The position numbers and the translations under genes were made by a program. From assembly GCA_030692925.1 (NCBI GenBank), contig JAUYBY010000028.1:4351-68350 (forward strand): DNA of 64,000 nucleotides. The letters run 5' to 3'. Under the pieces are notes generated by a model. That model was not told where the DNA came from. It was given only the letters and a program-made list of their open reading frames with translations, and did no database searches. Source of the DNA: Candidatus Zixiibacteriota bacterium (GTDB lineage Bacteria; Zixibacteria; MSB-5A5; RBG-16-43-9). Shown here piece by piece: positions 27,490 through 37,890 of this stretch (positions are counted from its first letter, which is position 1; each line of letters begins with the position of its first letter).

Positions 27490-28661
27490 ATCTTCCCCGA
27501 GATGGTGGATTGACTTATATCAGTCAAGGGTGAACTATCTCCTGACAGTTGTAAACAGGTAAGAAAGGCAAAGATGGCGAATGAAAGAGATTCAACTGCA
27601 CTATGATTGTAACCCAGTTCGTCAGATACATATACCTTAGCTGGATAAAAAAGTTCTTTAAGTCTTTTAACTATATATCGGTTCAAAGCTCCGCCCCCGC
27701 ACAGGATAAGCTCATCCAATTCACCAGATCTAAAAAAGTTTTCGTAAACCAGATAGACTGATCTTGCCGTCAGCTCACTCGCTGTTTTTATTACATCCTC
27801 AGGCTTGCTGGTATATTCTAAAGTTTTTCTGACGAAATCTTCAGTAAACTTTTCATCGAAATCTTCTCTGCCTGTGCTTCTTCTTTTCTTCAGCAGGAAA
27901 AGAATTTTCTTCTGATAATGGTCTAAAACAGGTTCTATGATTTCACCTTTAAAGGCAGTTTTTCCATCTTTATCATAGTTCTTTTTGAAAAACTTCCTCA
28001 TTAGATTATCTATCAGCATATTTCCGGGACCGGTATCCATCCCCCAGACTTTCTCTATTCTCTTCCCTCTGGGCAGAAAAGTCAAATTAGCTATTCCTCC
28101 TATGTTTAAGGCCCCCTGATTTTTTTCTTTTTTATTGAAAAGGTAAAAATGGGCTAAAGGAGTCAAAGGTGCACCTTCACCTCCTTCGGCGATCTCTTTT
28201 CTCCTAAAGTCAGCCACCGTGATAACTCCGGTTCTGCTTGAGATTACCTGCGGCTCACCTATCTGAAGCGTTCCCCTGACAAGGTAACCACCCATTTTTT
28301 TTTGCTGAGGAAGATGCCTTACCGTTTGGCCGTGTGAGCCGATAAGGTCTATATCTTTTATGTTCAGACCACAGCTTTGAGCCATCTTTTTAGCCGCATC
28401 CGCAAAATATTCTCCTAAGAGAAAATCCAGCCTGATTACCTGGTCGATATTCTGATAACCCGGGTCAGACACTTTCAGGATTTTCTTTTGCAGAGAAGAT
28501 GGGAACTCAAAAGTCCTGAACCCGATTTGTTTTATTCTGATTCCGGCCTTCTTTTTTTCGATTTCAGCTGTACAGGCATCTATCCCGTTAGCAGAGGTGC
28601 CGGACATAAGCCCTAAGACTTTCAGCTTCTTTTTTCCTAGAATTCTTTTCAGGCCCAACAT
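27477..28661 (-). CDS. anmK: anhydro-N-acetylmuramic acid kinase
   Basis: N-terminal LGLMSGTSANGIDA and ASKHA-kinase architecture. It overlaps spoIID by 13 nt. Confidence 0.8.
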   Translation of the reverse strand: MLGLKRILGKKKLKVLGLMSGTSANGIDACTAEIEKKKAGIRIKQIGFRTFEFPSSLQKKILKVSDPGYQNIDQVIRLDFLLGEYFADAAKKMAQSCGLNIKDIDLIGSHGQTVRHLPQQKKMGGYLVRGTLQIGEPQVISSRTGVITVADFRRKEIAEGGEGAPLTPLAHFYLFNKKEKNQGALNIGGIANLTFLPRGKRIEKVWGMDTGPGNMLIDNLMRKFFKKNYDKDGKTAFKGEIIEPVLDHYQKKILFLLKKRRSTGREDFDEKFTEDFVRKTLEYTSKPEDVIKTASELTARSVYLVYENFFRSGELDELILCGGGALNRYIVKRLKELFYPAKVYVSDELGYNHSAVESLSFAIFAFLTCLQLSGDSSPLTDISQSTISGKICLP

Positions 28662-28665
28662 AACC

Positions 28666-29688
28666 TCAACTGCAAATTTTTTCTTTTAAAGCTAAAATCC
28701 TGCCTGTCGCCTCAGCGAATCGGGTAAGGTTTAAATCCTTATTTTTCATCTTTTTCTCAAAACGCTCTATCACTTTAGTCTGTTCTTCTAAATTTTCAGA
28801 AATCAAAATCATATCGTGCCCGGCTTCAAAAGCCTGACAGCAGGCATCTTCTAAGGGGAAGTTATTCCTCATCGCTTTCATCTGCATATCATCGCTGATC
28901 AATATCTTTTTGAAATTCAGCCCTTTTCTTAAAATATCAGAGCAGATTTTTTTCGACAAGGTAGCCGGAAATTCAGAATCAAGCTCAGTCGAGATAACAT
29001 GGGTGCTCATTATGAAATCTACTTCAGAGGAAATAGCCGTTTCAAAAGGGAGAAAATCTATCTTCTCAAACCTCTCCCTGGAGTTGTGATTGAAAGGCAA
29101 GCTGCTATGCGGATCATCTGAGATATCTCCTATCCCTGGAAAATGCTTGGCACAGGCACAAACCCCCTCCTCTTTTAGTGCCTGAATTGCAATCTTACCA
29201 AGTTCTGCCACCAGTACAGGATCAGAGCCAAATGACCTGTCACTTATCACCTTGTTAGAGGGATTAGTGAGCACATCTACTACTGGAGCTAAATTTACGT
29301 TTATACCCAGTTTTTTTAACTCCCTCGCAGTCTGGGAATAAGCTTTGCGAACCCCCTCTTTATCCCTGTTTTCTCCATAAAAAAGATTCGACCGGAAAAC
29401 CGGAAAGTTTTCCGTTATCCGGTTTATTCTGCCCCCTTCCTGGTCTATCATCACAAACAGAGGGATTTCAGCCTTTTCTTGCAGTAATTCTATACTTTCT
29501 TTGAGCTGTTCTTTGGTTTTAATATTTGCCGAAAAAAGTATCACCCCCCCTATTTGATACTTCTGGATCAGATTCAGGAACTCAACTGAGAGCTCTGATC
29601 CCTGATATCCCAGGGAAAAGAGTTGACCAAGCTTTGGGTAGTCCAATTTTTCCCTTATAGAGTGCAGATTAAATTTTTGCCTTTCCAT
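28666..29688 (-). CDS. nagZ: beta-N-acetylhexosaminidase NagZ (GH3 N-terminal domain)
   Basis: KHFPGIGD motif. GH3 fold of NagZ length. Confidence 0.8.
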   Translation of the reverse strand: MERQKFNLHSIREKLDYPKLGQLFSLGYQGSELSVEFLNLIQKYQIGGVILFSANIKTKEQLKESIELLQEKAEIPLFVMIDQEGGRINRITENFPVFRSNLFYGENRDKEGVRKAYSQTARELKKLGINVNLAPVVDVLTNPSNKVISDRSFGSDPVLVAELGKIAIQALKEEGVCACAKHFPGIGDISDDPHSSLPFNHNSRERFEKIDFLPFETAISSEVDFIMSTHVISTELDSEFPATLSKKICSDILRKGLNFKKILISDDMQMKAMRNNFPLEDACCQAFEAGHDMILISENLEEQTKVIERFEKKMKNKDLNLTRFAEATGRILALKEKICS

Positions 29689-31232
29689 TTGGCTAAATAT
29701 AAAGCCTGGTCCACATTTTTAATCAGCTCCTCCTGATCAGTTCCGTTTTCCGGAAAGGTGGCAACACCCAAGCTTACGGTCAATTTGACCTTAAGCCTTC
29801 TCTTTTCATCCTCGAACTGGGTCTGTTCAACTTTGGAGCGAATCCTCTCACCTATTTGCCGGGCATCCTCTTTATCGGTTTGTGGCAGTATCACCACAAA
29901 CTCCTCACCGCCGTAGCGGACAAGGATGTCCACGTCTCTGATGCACACTTTAATCGTTTTGACTAAATCTCTCAGGATCAGGTTGCCGAAAAGGTGTCCA
30001 TAAGTATCATTATACCTTTTAAACCAGTCGATGTCAATCATCAACAGGGACAGACTTTGATGATACCTTCTGGCCCTCTTGAGTTCATTATCTAACTTCC
30101 CCACAAAGTAGCGGTAGTTATAAATACCGGTAAGCTCGTCGATTATGGTGAGTTCCTCCATCTTTTGGTGCAGGCTGGCGTTCTCTAAAGCCATAGCGGC
30201 AGAGCTGGCCAATATGGAGAAGATTTTCTGATCCTGCTCTGAAAAAGCTCCCACCTTTTTGGACTCGGCATTCAAAACTCCAATTATCTTTCCCTGGGAA
30301 ATCATCGGCACTGCCATTTCAGAGTGAGCACCTTCCAGCCCCGGTATGTATCGAGGATCATCCTTAACCTCGTAGATCCTGACTCCTTTGTTATCCTTCA
30401 ACACCGAGCCGGTTATCCCGGTAAGGGGAATATGAGGAGGGTCTGAATGTCTGAACTTCTGGTCGCATTCTATTTTTCCTTTAAGGAGAAAAACCTCTTT
30501 TTCTTTATCCAAAAGCAAAATGGAAAAATGTTGATACCTCAATACCTTATGGGCTATTTCCAGAATCTCGTCCACCACCTGCTCGAATTTGTAGATCTCC
30601 CCCAGTGAACGGCTGGCTTCATAGACCGTTTCTATCTGGACCTGGGATTTCTCCAGCTCAGAGGTCCTCTGGTTTAAAGTATCAAACACCTGCATCAGCT
30701 TTGCCTCTGAGGTTTTCAAAAAAGTGGAAAGCTTACCCACCCCTGCGGCAAAAACCCAGAGCAAGGAGATCCTTATCAACAGGTCCCCTAAGAAAAGCTC
30801 CCTTATGTGAGGCATAATGGCAGCTATGTAGAAAAGGCTGGCCAAAAATGCCAGGAAAAGTCCTGGACTAAAGCCTAGCTGGTAAGCAGCCAGGGGAATG
30901 GAAAGATAATATAAAAGATAGAAATTACTCGTGACCCCACCTGTGTACAGGATAAGAAGGGTTATGAAGACCAGGTCAAAAAGGGAAGTGAAGCTGTAGA
31001 ATTGCGTAGATCTGGGCTTAAGCCTGCTGGCATAAAGGTAAAGTCCAAAAAGCTGTAAGAGGAAAATTATCAGTAAACCCCATCTGTAAAAAGGAGTATG
31101 TCCGGGAGAAACCGGGATAAATGAAAGCCAGATGCACAGGCCTAAAAAAAGGAGGCTCCTGGCAAAAAAGAAAAGGTTATTCGCCCCTAAATAAGTCTCC
31201 CAGTTAGTTTTCTGAAAAGGATAACTATCCAT
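29655..31232 (-). CDS. membrane sensor diguanylate cyclase (N-terminal multi-TM, GAF, GGDEF)
   Basis: GGEEF active site (RYGGEEF), a GAF-like region, and about 6 N-terminal TM helices. Confidence 0.75.
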   Translation of the reverse strand: MDSYPFQKTNWETYLGANNLFFFARSLLFLGLCIWLSFIPVSPGHTPFYRWGLLIIFLLQLFGLYLYASRLKPRSTQFYSFTSLFDLVFITLLILYTGGVTSNFYLLYYLSIPLAAYQLGFSPGLFLAFLASLFYIAAIMPHIRELFLGDLLIRISLLWVFAAGVGKLSTFLKTSEAKLMQVFDTLNQRTSELEKSQVQIETVYEASRSLGEIYKFEQVVDEILEIAHKVLRYQHFSILLLDKEKEVFLLKGKIECDQKFRHSDPPHIPLTGITGSVLKDNKGVRIYEVKDDPRYIPGLEGAHSEMAVPMISQGKIIGVLNAESKKVGAFSEQDQKIFSILASSAAMALENASLHQKMEELTIIDELTGIYNYRYFVGKLDNELKRARRYHQSLSLLMIDIDWFKRYNDTYGHLFGNLILRDLVKTIKVCIRDVDILVRYGGEEFVVILPQTDKEDARQIGERIRSKVEQTQFEDEKRRLKVKLTVSLGVATFPENGTDQEELIKNVDQALYLAKWKGKNLICTL

Positions 31233-31532
31233 TAAAGGTTTTCTTAGACCGTTTGTTAAGTTTCCAAGTTTACTTTTTTTATCGGCAGAATGCAGAAATC
31301 AAATATTTGTTTTGGGATTAGTTTTCCGGGAAAAACCCTCTAAGAGCTTCAGCCACAAGGAGTATTGGCATATGAATATAATCTTTCCTATGATTTGTTG
31401 TTTGAGAAAAGAACGGTTTTTTACCATCCAATCTCAGGGTATCCCCCTGGGAAAAAGCCTTAAAAAGAGGAGATTTAAAATATCTGCCAGCCAGGAAAAA
31501 AGAACAGAAGCAGACTCGTTCATTGCACCTTT

Positions 31533-32054
31533 TTAGGTCATACCTTTTGAATTAAAGGGTATACCAGGACAGCTCTTTCTTTGAGAGCAAAACCTGCACC
31601 CTGAGTTTTTCAAGTAAACTTTCTCTAGGACTAATATTAAAATATATCCCAGGGAGAAGACCAGCCAGAACAGACTTCTGAACCTTGCCAGTTGCACCAG
31701 GCCTCCTAATAAAGGGAAGAGCCATATTGGATAGATAAACAACATATAATCATATCCTGAGGTAAAGTTGTCCTCAGACCTTTTGGGGAAAAGATAACCG
31801 GCAACCTTGCCCCAGCCCACATTGCAGAGCTTGCCATGATAGGAGCAAAAAACGCATCTGGATAAGGGCAGGACTAAACTAAGAGCTAAAAGACTGTAAA
31901 AGACATAGATGAAGGATAATTCAGTCTTAAGTAGATAAAAGACATAAACCCCGGAGCCGAAGATTATAGAAAGAAAAATTAAACGACCCAGGATAAAAGC
32001 TTTTGGGTATTCTGGAAAACAAATCTCTGGTTTATCTTTTTTTTCTGTTTCCAT
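31533..32054 (-). CDS. hypothetical membrane protein with two Cys clusters
   Basis: 4-5 TM segments. CVFCSYHGKLCNVGWGK and CRFCSQRKSCPG motifs. Confidence 0.4.
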   Translation of the reverse strand: METEKKDKPEICFPEYPKAFILGRLIFLSIIFGSGVYVFYLLKTELSFIYVFYSLLALSLVLPLSRCVFCSYHGKLCNVGWGKVAGYLFPKRSEDNFTSGYDYMLFIYPIWLFPLLGGLVQLARFRSLFWLVFSLGYILILVLEKVYLKNSGCRFCSQRKSCPGIPFNSKGMT

Positions 32055-32188
32055 CTTTTGAGCCGCCTTTGCTTAAAAAAAAGATTGACCTTAAGAAAAT
32101 CAATTATATATATTAATAAATAACTTTTTTGAAACCAAAGGAATTTTTTATCGTAAATTTTAAATAGAGCTTAAAAAAGGAGGAAAAA

Positions 32189-33328
32189 ATGCTTAAATTC
32201 CTAAAGCTTCCAGTTCTCTTTTTGCTTTTCTTCTCAGTTCTTTTACCTCAGTTAATCCAGGCTATAGAGCTAAAAGGTGGCGAAAATATAGTCATCCCGG
32301 AGTCGACCTTAATCCAGGATGACTATTTTGTTTCCGGGAATAATATCAAATTCTCTGGTAAAGTGGATGGCGACTTTGTTTCTGCCAGCCAGACCCTTAC
32401 CAGCAAGGGGATGGTAGGAGGGAATTTAATCTCTGCTGCCCGGGACTTGGATATCTCCGGAGAGTTAGGAGGCAGCTTCTGGGGTGCCGCCCAGAACATC
32501 AGTTTTAATGGCAAGATGAAAAGAAATTTTCTGGGTTTTGCCCAGACTATTAATCTCAAAGAAGGGTCGGAGGTGGGTGGGGACGTCATCGCCTTCTGCG
32601 GAGAGTTGAAAATTTCTGGAAAAGTTGACAAGGGTTTAAGGGGAGGTGTTGGTTCTGTGGTCATATCCGGGATTATAAACGGAAATGTGGATATAAAAGC
32701 GGATGAGATAAGTATAATGCCGGATGCCAAGATAAATGGAAACTTACATTATAAAAGTAAAAAGGAAGCAAAGATCGAAAAAGGTGCCCAGATAACCGGA
32801 GAGACAAAGTGGACCAAGATCACCCCTAAGAAGAAAAAAGGATTGACCTTGGGTAAGCTCTTCTGGAAATTCTTGTTCTTCTGTGCCTCCTTTTTGACCG
32901 GGCTTTTCATGCTACTCATTGCTAAAAGAGAGGTTAAGGCTGCTAAAGAATCGGTATTTAAAGATTTCCTGAAAAATCTGGGTTTAGGATTTGTTTTTGT
33001 GATCTGCATACCGATTGCCCTCATCATCTTGCTTTTCACAGTTATCGGTATCCCCATATCGATAATTGTTCTATTTGCCTATCTGGTTCTTTTCTATATT
33101 GCCAAGATTTTTGTTGGGTATGCCTTAGGTGAAAAAGTTTTACAGCTTTTAAAGACCAATGGTGCTCCAGCCCCGGTCTGGTCACTGCTTATAGGACTTC
33201 TGATTCTGTACATACTGTTCTTAATCCCTTACTTCCACTGGATATTTTATCTTTTAGCTCTTTTCGTTGGTTTCGGTTGTGTTTTTCAGGCAAAGAAGTA
33301 TCTTACCCCTTCCCCGACCACAGCCTGA
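32189..33328 (+). CDS. bactofilin-like (polymer-forming cytoskeletal repeat) protein with a C-terminal multi-TM domain
   Basis: Signal peptide, repeated G-x-V/I-x-G beta-helix-like segments (ISGELGGSFWGAAQNISFNGKM...), then 4 TM helices. Confidence 0.35.
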   Translation: MLKFLKLPVLFLLFFSVLLPQLIQAIELKGGENIVIPESTLIQDDYFVSGNNIKFSGKVDGDFVSASQTLTSKGMVGGNLISAARDLDISGELGGSFWGAAQNISFNGKMKRNFLGFAQTINLKEGSEVGGDVIAFCGELKISGKVDKGLRGGVGSVVISGIINGNVDIKADEISIMPDAKINGNLHYKSKKEAKIEKGAQITGETKWTKITPKKKKGLTLGKLFWKFLFFCASFLTGLFMLLIAKREVKAAKESVFKDFLKNLGLGFVFVICIPIALIILLFTVIGIPISIIVLFAYLVLFYIAKIFVGYALGEKVLQLLKTNGAPAPVWSLLIGLLILYILFLIPYFHWIFYLLALFVGFGCVFQAKKYLTPSPTTA

Positions 33329-33553
33329 ACTCCCCTCTGATCGTAGGGGCGATTTCCAGATGGATCCAAATAGACATGAAGCGCCCCTACATTTTTTTGT
33401 AGCGGAAGGCTTCAGCCTTCCAATTTTTATATAAAAAGAATGGAAACCTCAAGGTTTCCGCTACATTAAACACAGCAAGTCAGACGTTCTTGTAGCTACG
33501 CCAGGCTTTGCCTCTGACACCAATGCACAGACAAGAATGTCTATGCTACCAAC

Positions 33554-33997
33554 TCAAGTTTTTTTCTTCTCTAAAACCTCTTCAGCCAAAGAAAGCGCCA
33601 CTCCGGAGAGCATCACCTCCACTCCCAATCTGGTGAAATCTCCTGATATAAGCTCCCTTTTCACATTAGCATAGAAGGCACAGCCAGCATCCTTTTCCAC
33701 TACCAGCCCGGAGATCTTGCCCACATCCTCCCCCACAAAAGTTACCTCTCCCAATTCCTCGCTGATCACATAGCCCGATACATTGTGCAATTGCAGATGG
33801 CAGTTAGAGGTATAAACCACAACCAAAGGACCTTTGGTCTTCCCCAGGGTTACCTCCGGGTAAAGCTCAAGGATAACGCTCCTTTTCCCCTTGCGGTTAA
33901 CTATTTTCAGCCGGTGATGGTCTTTTTCCTGAGAAATTGTCTCAGGTTCAAGACAATCCGCGATCTTTTTAATATCTTTTTCCGAAAAAATATTCAT
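33554..33997 (-). CDS. hypothetical protein
   Basis: ORF with a coherent codon pattern. No recognisable motif. Confidence 0.35.
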   Translation of the reverse strand: MNIFSEKDIKKIADCLEPETISQEKDHHRLKIVNRKGKRSVILELYPEVTLGKTKGPLVVVYTSNCHLQLHNVSGYVISEELGEVTFVGEDVGKISGLVVEKDAGCAFYANVKRELISGDFTRLGVEVMLSGVALSLAEEVLEKKKT

Positions 33998-34052
33998 TGG
34001 TTTTTTTATTTTTTCTACCTATTACCTAACACCTATCACCTCAGACCTTTTA

Positions 34053-34319
34053 TTATAAGTACCACCATCTGAAATAAACTATGACCAGAATAACCATCAG
34101 GATGGAGACGAAATTTATCTTAACCATCAGCCCGAAAGTCAAAGAGATTGAATAAAAATCAAAAGAGATAGCTTTAAAACCTATGTTAATGCTCTCTTTG
34201 AAAAGGATCCTGACCGCACCCTCAGGTATGAAAGTCCCGATTAAATCGCCGATCAGCCCGCCGATAACCGCGGCTAAAAGTAAGGCGATCACGATTGAAG
34301 TTATTTCAGATTTCTTCAA
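34053..34319 (-). CDS. small membrane protein, DUF4321-like (commonly found next to purQ/purS)
   Basis: 88 aa, 2 TM helices, immediately downstream of purQ. Confidence 0.4.
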   Translation of the reverse strand: MKKSEITSIVIALLLAAVIGGLIGDLIGTFIPEGAVRILFKESINIGFKAISFDFYSISLTFGLMVKINFVSILMVILVIVYFRWWYL

Positions 34320-35017
34320 TTTGCTTTCCCCTTTACGAAATTTACGATGGAACTGAAAATATGTTTCCCATCTTCTGAGCCTAAGATCTTTTCGCCAACC
34401 CTTTCCGGGTGAGGCATCATTCCTAAGACATTCCTTTTCAGGTTGCAGATGCCTGCAATATTTTCCAGTGCCCCGTTTGGGTTATATACCGGGTCGATTT
34501 CCCCCTGGGGGCTGCAGTAATGAAAGACTATCTGGTTATTCTCTTTTAATTTCTTTAGTCCTTCCTCTGAGATAAAATAGTTACCATCTGTATGAGCCAC
34601 AGGTATCTTCAGAACCTGAAATCTTTGACAGTTGTTGGTGAAAGGAGTGTTCTCCTGTTCGACCTTTATATGAACCCACTTACACACGAACCTTAAAGAC
34701 GAATTTCTAAGCATAGCCCCAGGCAAAAGCCCGGCTTCCAGAAGGATTTGAAAACCGTTACAGATCCCTATGACCAACCCTCCTTTTTCCGCAAAGTTGA
34801 ATATCTCCTGCATAATCGGGGCAAACCGGGCAATCGCACCGGTGCGCAGATAATCACCATAGGAAAACCCGCCCGGCAGGATCACGCAATCACAACCATT
34901 CAGATCTTTATCCTGATGCCAGAGGAACCCCACCTCCTCTTTCATTATAGTTTTTATAATCTGATAAGCATCATAATCGCAATTGGATCCCGGGAGAATG
35001 ACCACTCCGAACTTCAT
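34316..35017 (-). CDS. purQ: phosphoribosylformylglycinamidine synthase subunit PurQ (glutaminase)
   Basis: MKFGVVILPGSNCDYD, a GATase1 with catalytic Cys (GICNGFQ) and HPER. Confidence 0.85.
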   Translation of the reverse strand: MKFGVVILPGSNCDYDAYQIIKTIMKEEVGFLWHQDKDLNGCDCVILPGGFSYGDYLRTGAIARFAPIMQEIFNFAEKGGLVIGICNGFQILLEAGLLPGAMLRNSSLRFVCKWVHIKVEQENTPFTNNCQRFQVLKIPVAHTDGNYFISEEGLKKLKENNQIVFHYCSPQGEIDPVYNPNGALENIAGICNLKRNVLGMMPHPERVGEKILGSEDGKHIFSSIVNFVKGKAN

Positions 35018-35018
35018 C

Positions 35019-35276
35019 TTAGATCTCCACCTTGAAATCTTCGATTACCGGATTAGCTAAAAGCTTATCCGAGATCTCATTGACCAACTTTAAGGCTTCT
35101 TTTCTGTTAGCGGAGAGAAAGCTTACCTCAAAGAATTTACCGCTCCTTATCTCCTCAACCCCATTATACCCCATATCTCCTAAAGCCCTTTTTATGGTGG
35201 TGCCCTGAGGGTCTAAGACACCTTCTTTTAATCTTACGTAAACTGTGGCTTGGTATGACTTTTTTTCTTTGCTCAT
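35019..35276 (-). CDS. purS: phosphoribosylformylglycinamidine synthase subunit PurS
   Basis: 85 aa. VYVRLKEGVLDPQGTTI PurS motif. Confidence 0.8.
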   Translation of the reverse strand: MSKEKKSYQATVYVRLKEGVLDPQGTTIKRALGDMGYNGVEEIRSGKFFEVSFLSANRKEALKLVNEISDKLLANPVIEDFKVEI

Positions 35277-35304
35277 ATTCTTCTCTTTTTATTGACCTTA
35301 TTTT

Positions 35305-36072
35305 TCAGGATAAATCTGTTTTATCTATTTTGAACTTTTCCTCCCTGCGCCTCAGAAGGTTATCATCTATCTTTGGCTCGACATGCACTATATAATAAAT
35401 CTCTCTTATAATCCCGGAGAGCACATAGATAATCCCTATGGGAAAGATAACTAATTTTGGTCTTATCAGTACCGCAATCAAAGCTCCCAGGATCAACATA
35501 AGTTTAATCATATTTTTCCTGGAATTCAAGGAAAATCTGGGCAAAGTAAAATATTCTACTCCGCTGACCATAAGCGCAGAGAAGACTATTATCATGGTGA
35601 TTAAAACCTCAGGATACCTAAGTTCTCCCCATAGCTCGTAGGAGAAAAGTGTATACCCGCAGAGAGTGATTGCCGCAGCCGGTATGGGCAGACCGATAAA
35701 ATATGGCTTATCCTCCAGCTTGGCTTGAATATTAAAACGGGCTAATCTGAATGCCCCGCAGATTATGAAAATAAACCCGATCAGCCAGCCCCAGGTCCCC
35801 AGGATAAAAAGCCTGAAAGAATAAAAAATAACTGCCGGCGCTATCCCGAAGGAGACGAAATCCGCAAAGGAGTCCAGCTCGATTCCAAATCTGGATGCGC
35901 TCCTGGAAACGCGGGCGATCTTACCATCTAAGGCATCAAAAAAACCAGCTAAGACAATAAGCCAAGCCGCATGCGTGGCTTCACCCTCAAAGCTCTGCAG
36001 GATGGATAAAAACCCGCAGAGCATATTCCCCACTGAGAAAACACCTGGAAAGATTCCTTTGAAATCTCTCAT
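35305..36072 (-). CDS. pssA: CDP-diacylglycerol--serine O-phosphatidyltransferase (CDP-alcohol phosphatidyltransferase family)
   Basis: DALDGKIAR...GIELDSFAD signature. Confidence 0.8.
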   Translation of the reverse strand: MRDFKGIFPGVFSVGNMLCGFLSILQSFEGEATHAAWLIVLAGFFDALDGKIARVSRSASRFGIELDSFADFVSFGIAPAVIFYSFRLFILGTWGWLIGFIFIICGAFRLARFNIQAKLEDKPYFIGLPIPAAAITLCGYTLFSYELWGELRYPEVLITMIIVFSALMVSGVEYFTLPRFSLNSRKNMIKLMLILGALIAVLIRPKLVIFPIGIIYVLSGIIREIYYIVHVEPKIDDNLLRRREEKFKIDKTDLS

Positions 36073-36085
36073 CTAAAACCCTTTG

Positions 36086-36153
36086 GCTCTCTGTTGGTCT
36101 CCAGACCAACAGAGCAGGTCCGGAACAGGTTGTTGGTCAGGAGACCACCGACA
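36086..36153. repeat. tandem pair of GGTCAGGAGACC-family palindromes
   Basis: tctgttggtctccagaccaacaga followed by ttgttggtcaggagaccaccgaca. Confidence 0.55.
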
Positions 36154-36317
36154 CCAGCCAGAGTTTCTCATTTAAGTCTTCTGGTGTAGTTGCCCAATTC
36201 ACTGGGCATAGTTCTCTCTCCCCTCTACGAGGAGCGAATCCTCCGTAGGACCGTAATGCTTTTATTGGCCATCTAGGGAGGGGTCTTTCCTGCTCGATAA
36301 ATCGAGCAACTACAGCC

Positions 36318-36995
36318 TCATCCAAACGTCCGGCTCTCTGGCCAGGGATGGCACACGTCGTAGGTCCCAATTACGGTTTCACCCGCTCTGACCTGTTGAT
36401 TTAGTTTTACTAAAACTTTAACCTTTTCCGGAAGAAAAAGCTCAGCCCTGGAGCCGAACTTTATCATCCCGAACCTCTCTCCGATTTTAACCTGGTCTCC
36501 TTCTTTTATTCGGCAGACAATCCTGCGGGCAATAGTCCCTGCAATCTGTTTCAGGATAAGTTTAACCTGGCTATTTTCCAGCCCCAGCTCGTTTTGTTCA
36601 TTTTCAGAGGAGGCTTTTTCTTTATAAGCCGCATTGAAACTGCCGGGAATATATTTGGCATACTTGACCACCCCGCTTATCGGATTTCTGTTTATATGCA
36701 CGTCCCACAAAGACAAAAAAATCGAAACCTTGGTGCCGCCTGAATTTAAAAAACCATTCTCAGAAAAAGGTGCAATCTCTACAATTCTTCCATCAGCCGG
36801 AGAAAGGATTATCCCTTCTCCCTGAGTAATCTCTCTGTCCGGGTCACGGAAGAAGAAAACGATGAAGAGGGTAATCACCAGAAAAAGAACCGTAAATCCT
36901 GAAACTATTTTGCTTCTGGTCAAAACCGAAAGCAGGAAAAATATGATGGTCAAAATCAAGCTGAAAAATATGATGCCTAAACCTTCTTTAGCCAT
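36318..36995 (-). CDS. psd: phosphatidylserine decarboxylase family proenzyme
   Basis: Located downstream of pssA. FGMIKFGSRAE (GS self-cleavage site) and an N-terminal TM. The 3' end may run into the repeat region. Confidence 0.65.
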   Translation of the reverse strand: MAKEGLGIIFFSLILTIIFFLLSVLTRSKIVSGFTVLFLVITLFIVFFFRDPDREITQGEGIILSPADGRIVEIAPFSENGFLNSGGTKVSIFLSLWDVHINRNPISGVVKYAKYIPGSFNAAYKEKASSENEQNELGLENSQVKLILKQIAGTIARRIVCRIKEGDQVKIGERFGMIKFGSRAELFLPEKVKVLVKLNQQVRAGETVIGTYDVCHPWPESRTFG

Positions 36996-37065
36996 TTATC
37001 TTCTTACCTAATAAACAAGAGGTGTACAAATCCCGATCCGTGATGACAATTTATAACCTCTTACT

Positions 37066-37108
37066 TTTTCCTCTTAAACACCCTCTTGAAAATATAATCC
37101 ACATTTCA
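37066..37108. repeat. direct repeat (left copy) flanking the HEPN/MNT cassette, a degenerate copy of the purB 3' end
   Basis: ttttcctcttaaacaccctcttgaaaatataatccacatttca versus 37895-37937 (about 38 of 41 nt identical). Confidence 0.7.
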
Positions 37109-37492
37109 TAGCGTTTTCGCTTCAATCATCTTAATAAGTCTTTTAATCTGAATCAAAGAGTCTTTTATCTCTGACTTGGTATATTCCACCTCATAGCCCA
37201 TGGGATAACGGCTTTCAAAATAAAAATTGGTAACCTTTTCCACTATCTCTTTAAATTGCTCAAAATCAGGATCAATTCTAATCGCATCACTGAGCAGTTT
37301 TACCAAGTCATGAATCATTTCTAGCTTTTTACCTTTAGCTATAAGAAACCCTTTTAGATATTTCTCCGCCGCTTGTTGAATATGAAAGGAGATTGTCTCT
37401 AAAGCTCGATTATGTTTAAATAGGAACTCAGCATCCTTTAGGTCTTTGTTGCCTTTGCTGAACCATTCTTTGACTATCTCCGATTTATCCAT
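37106..37492 (-). CDS. HEPN-domain protein (HepT-like toxin)
   Basis: QQAAEKYLKGFLIAKG...HDLVKL HEPN helices. It overlaps the MNT gene by 8 nt. Confidence 0.7.
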   Translation of the reverse strand: MDKSEIVKEWFSKGNKDLKDAEFLFKHNRALETISFHIQQAAEKYLKGFLIAKGKKLEMIHDLVKLLSDAIRIDPDFEQFKEIVEKVTNFYFESRYPMGYEVEYTKSEIKDSLIQIKRLIKMIEAKTL

Positions 37493-37814
37493 AGAGTACC
37501 ACTCCTTCCGTCATGATCTTCTTAATAAAATCATCTCCAAGTTTTATCCTGTGCTTAGTTTCATCCGGTGTATACACAATCGGATCCATCGGAACCACTG
37601 CATTCTCCTCTCTGAGTATCCGTCTCACCCGCACTGAGCGATCAATGTGGCGCTCTTTTGTCTTCTTAATGATAAAGAAATCAAGATCACTATGTTTATT
37701 CGGTCTGCCCCAGGCATAAGAGCCGAAAAGGATTATCTTCTCGGGCTGGTATTCTTTTTGTATTTTTTCCGAAATCCTTTGAATTATCTTTTTTATCTTC
37801 TTGTGATTTCTCAT
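37485..37814 (-). CDS. nucleotidyltransferase (MntA-like antitoxin)
   Basis: LFGSYAWGRPNKHSDLDFFII NTase signature. Confidence 0.8.
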   Translation of the reverse strand: MRNHKKIKKIIQRISEKIQKEYQPEKIILFGSYAWGRPNKHSDLDFFIIKKTKERHIDRSVRVRRILREENAVVPMDPIVYTPDETKHRIKLGDDFIKKIMTEGVVLYG

Positions 37815-37890
37815 AACTTCTTACCTTTGCTAGTTACTCTCTGAGCTTTTTGAACTTATCACAATCTGTGATTAGTTCTTACTTTATCTA

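Noticed and set aside
36137-36370. 77-aa minus-strand ORF downstream of pssA
   Set aside because: It overlaps the GGTCAGGAGACC palindromes and the 3' end of psd, and is probably a repeat-derived frame.
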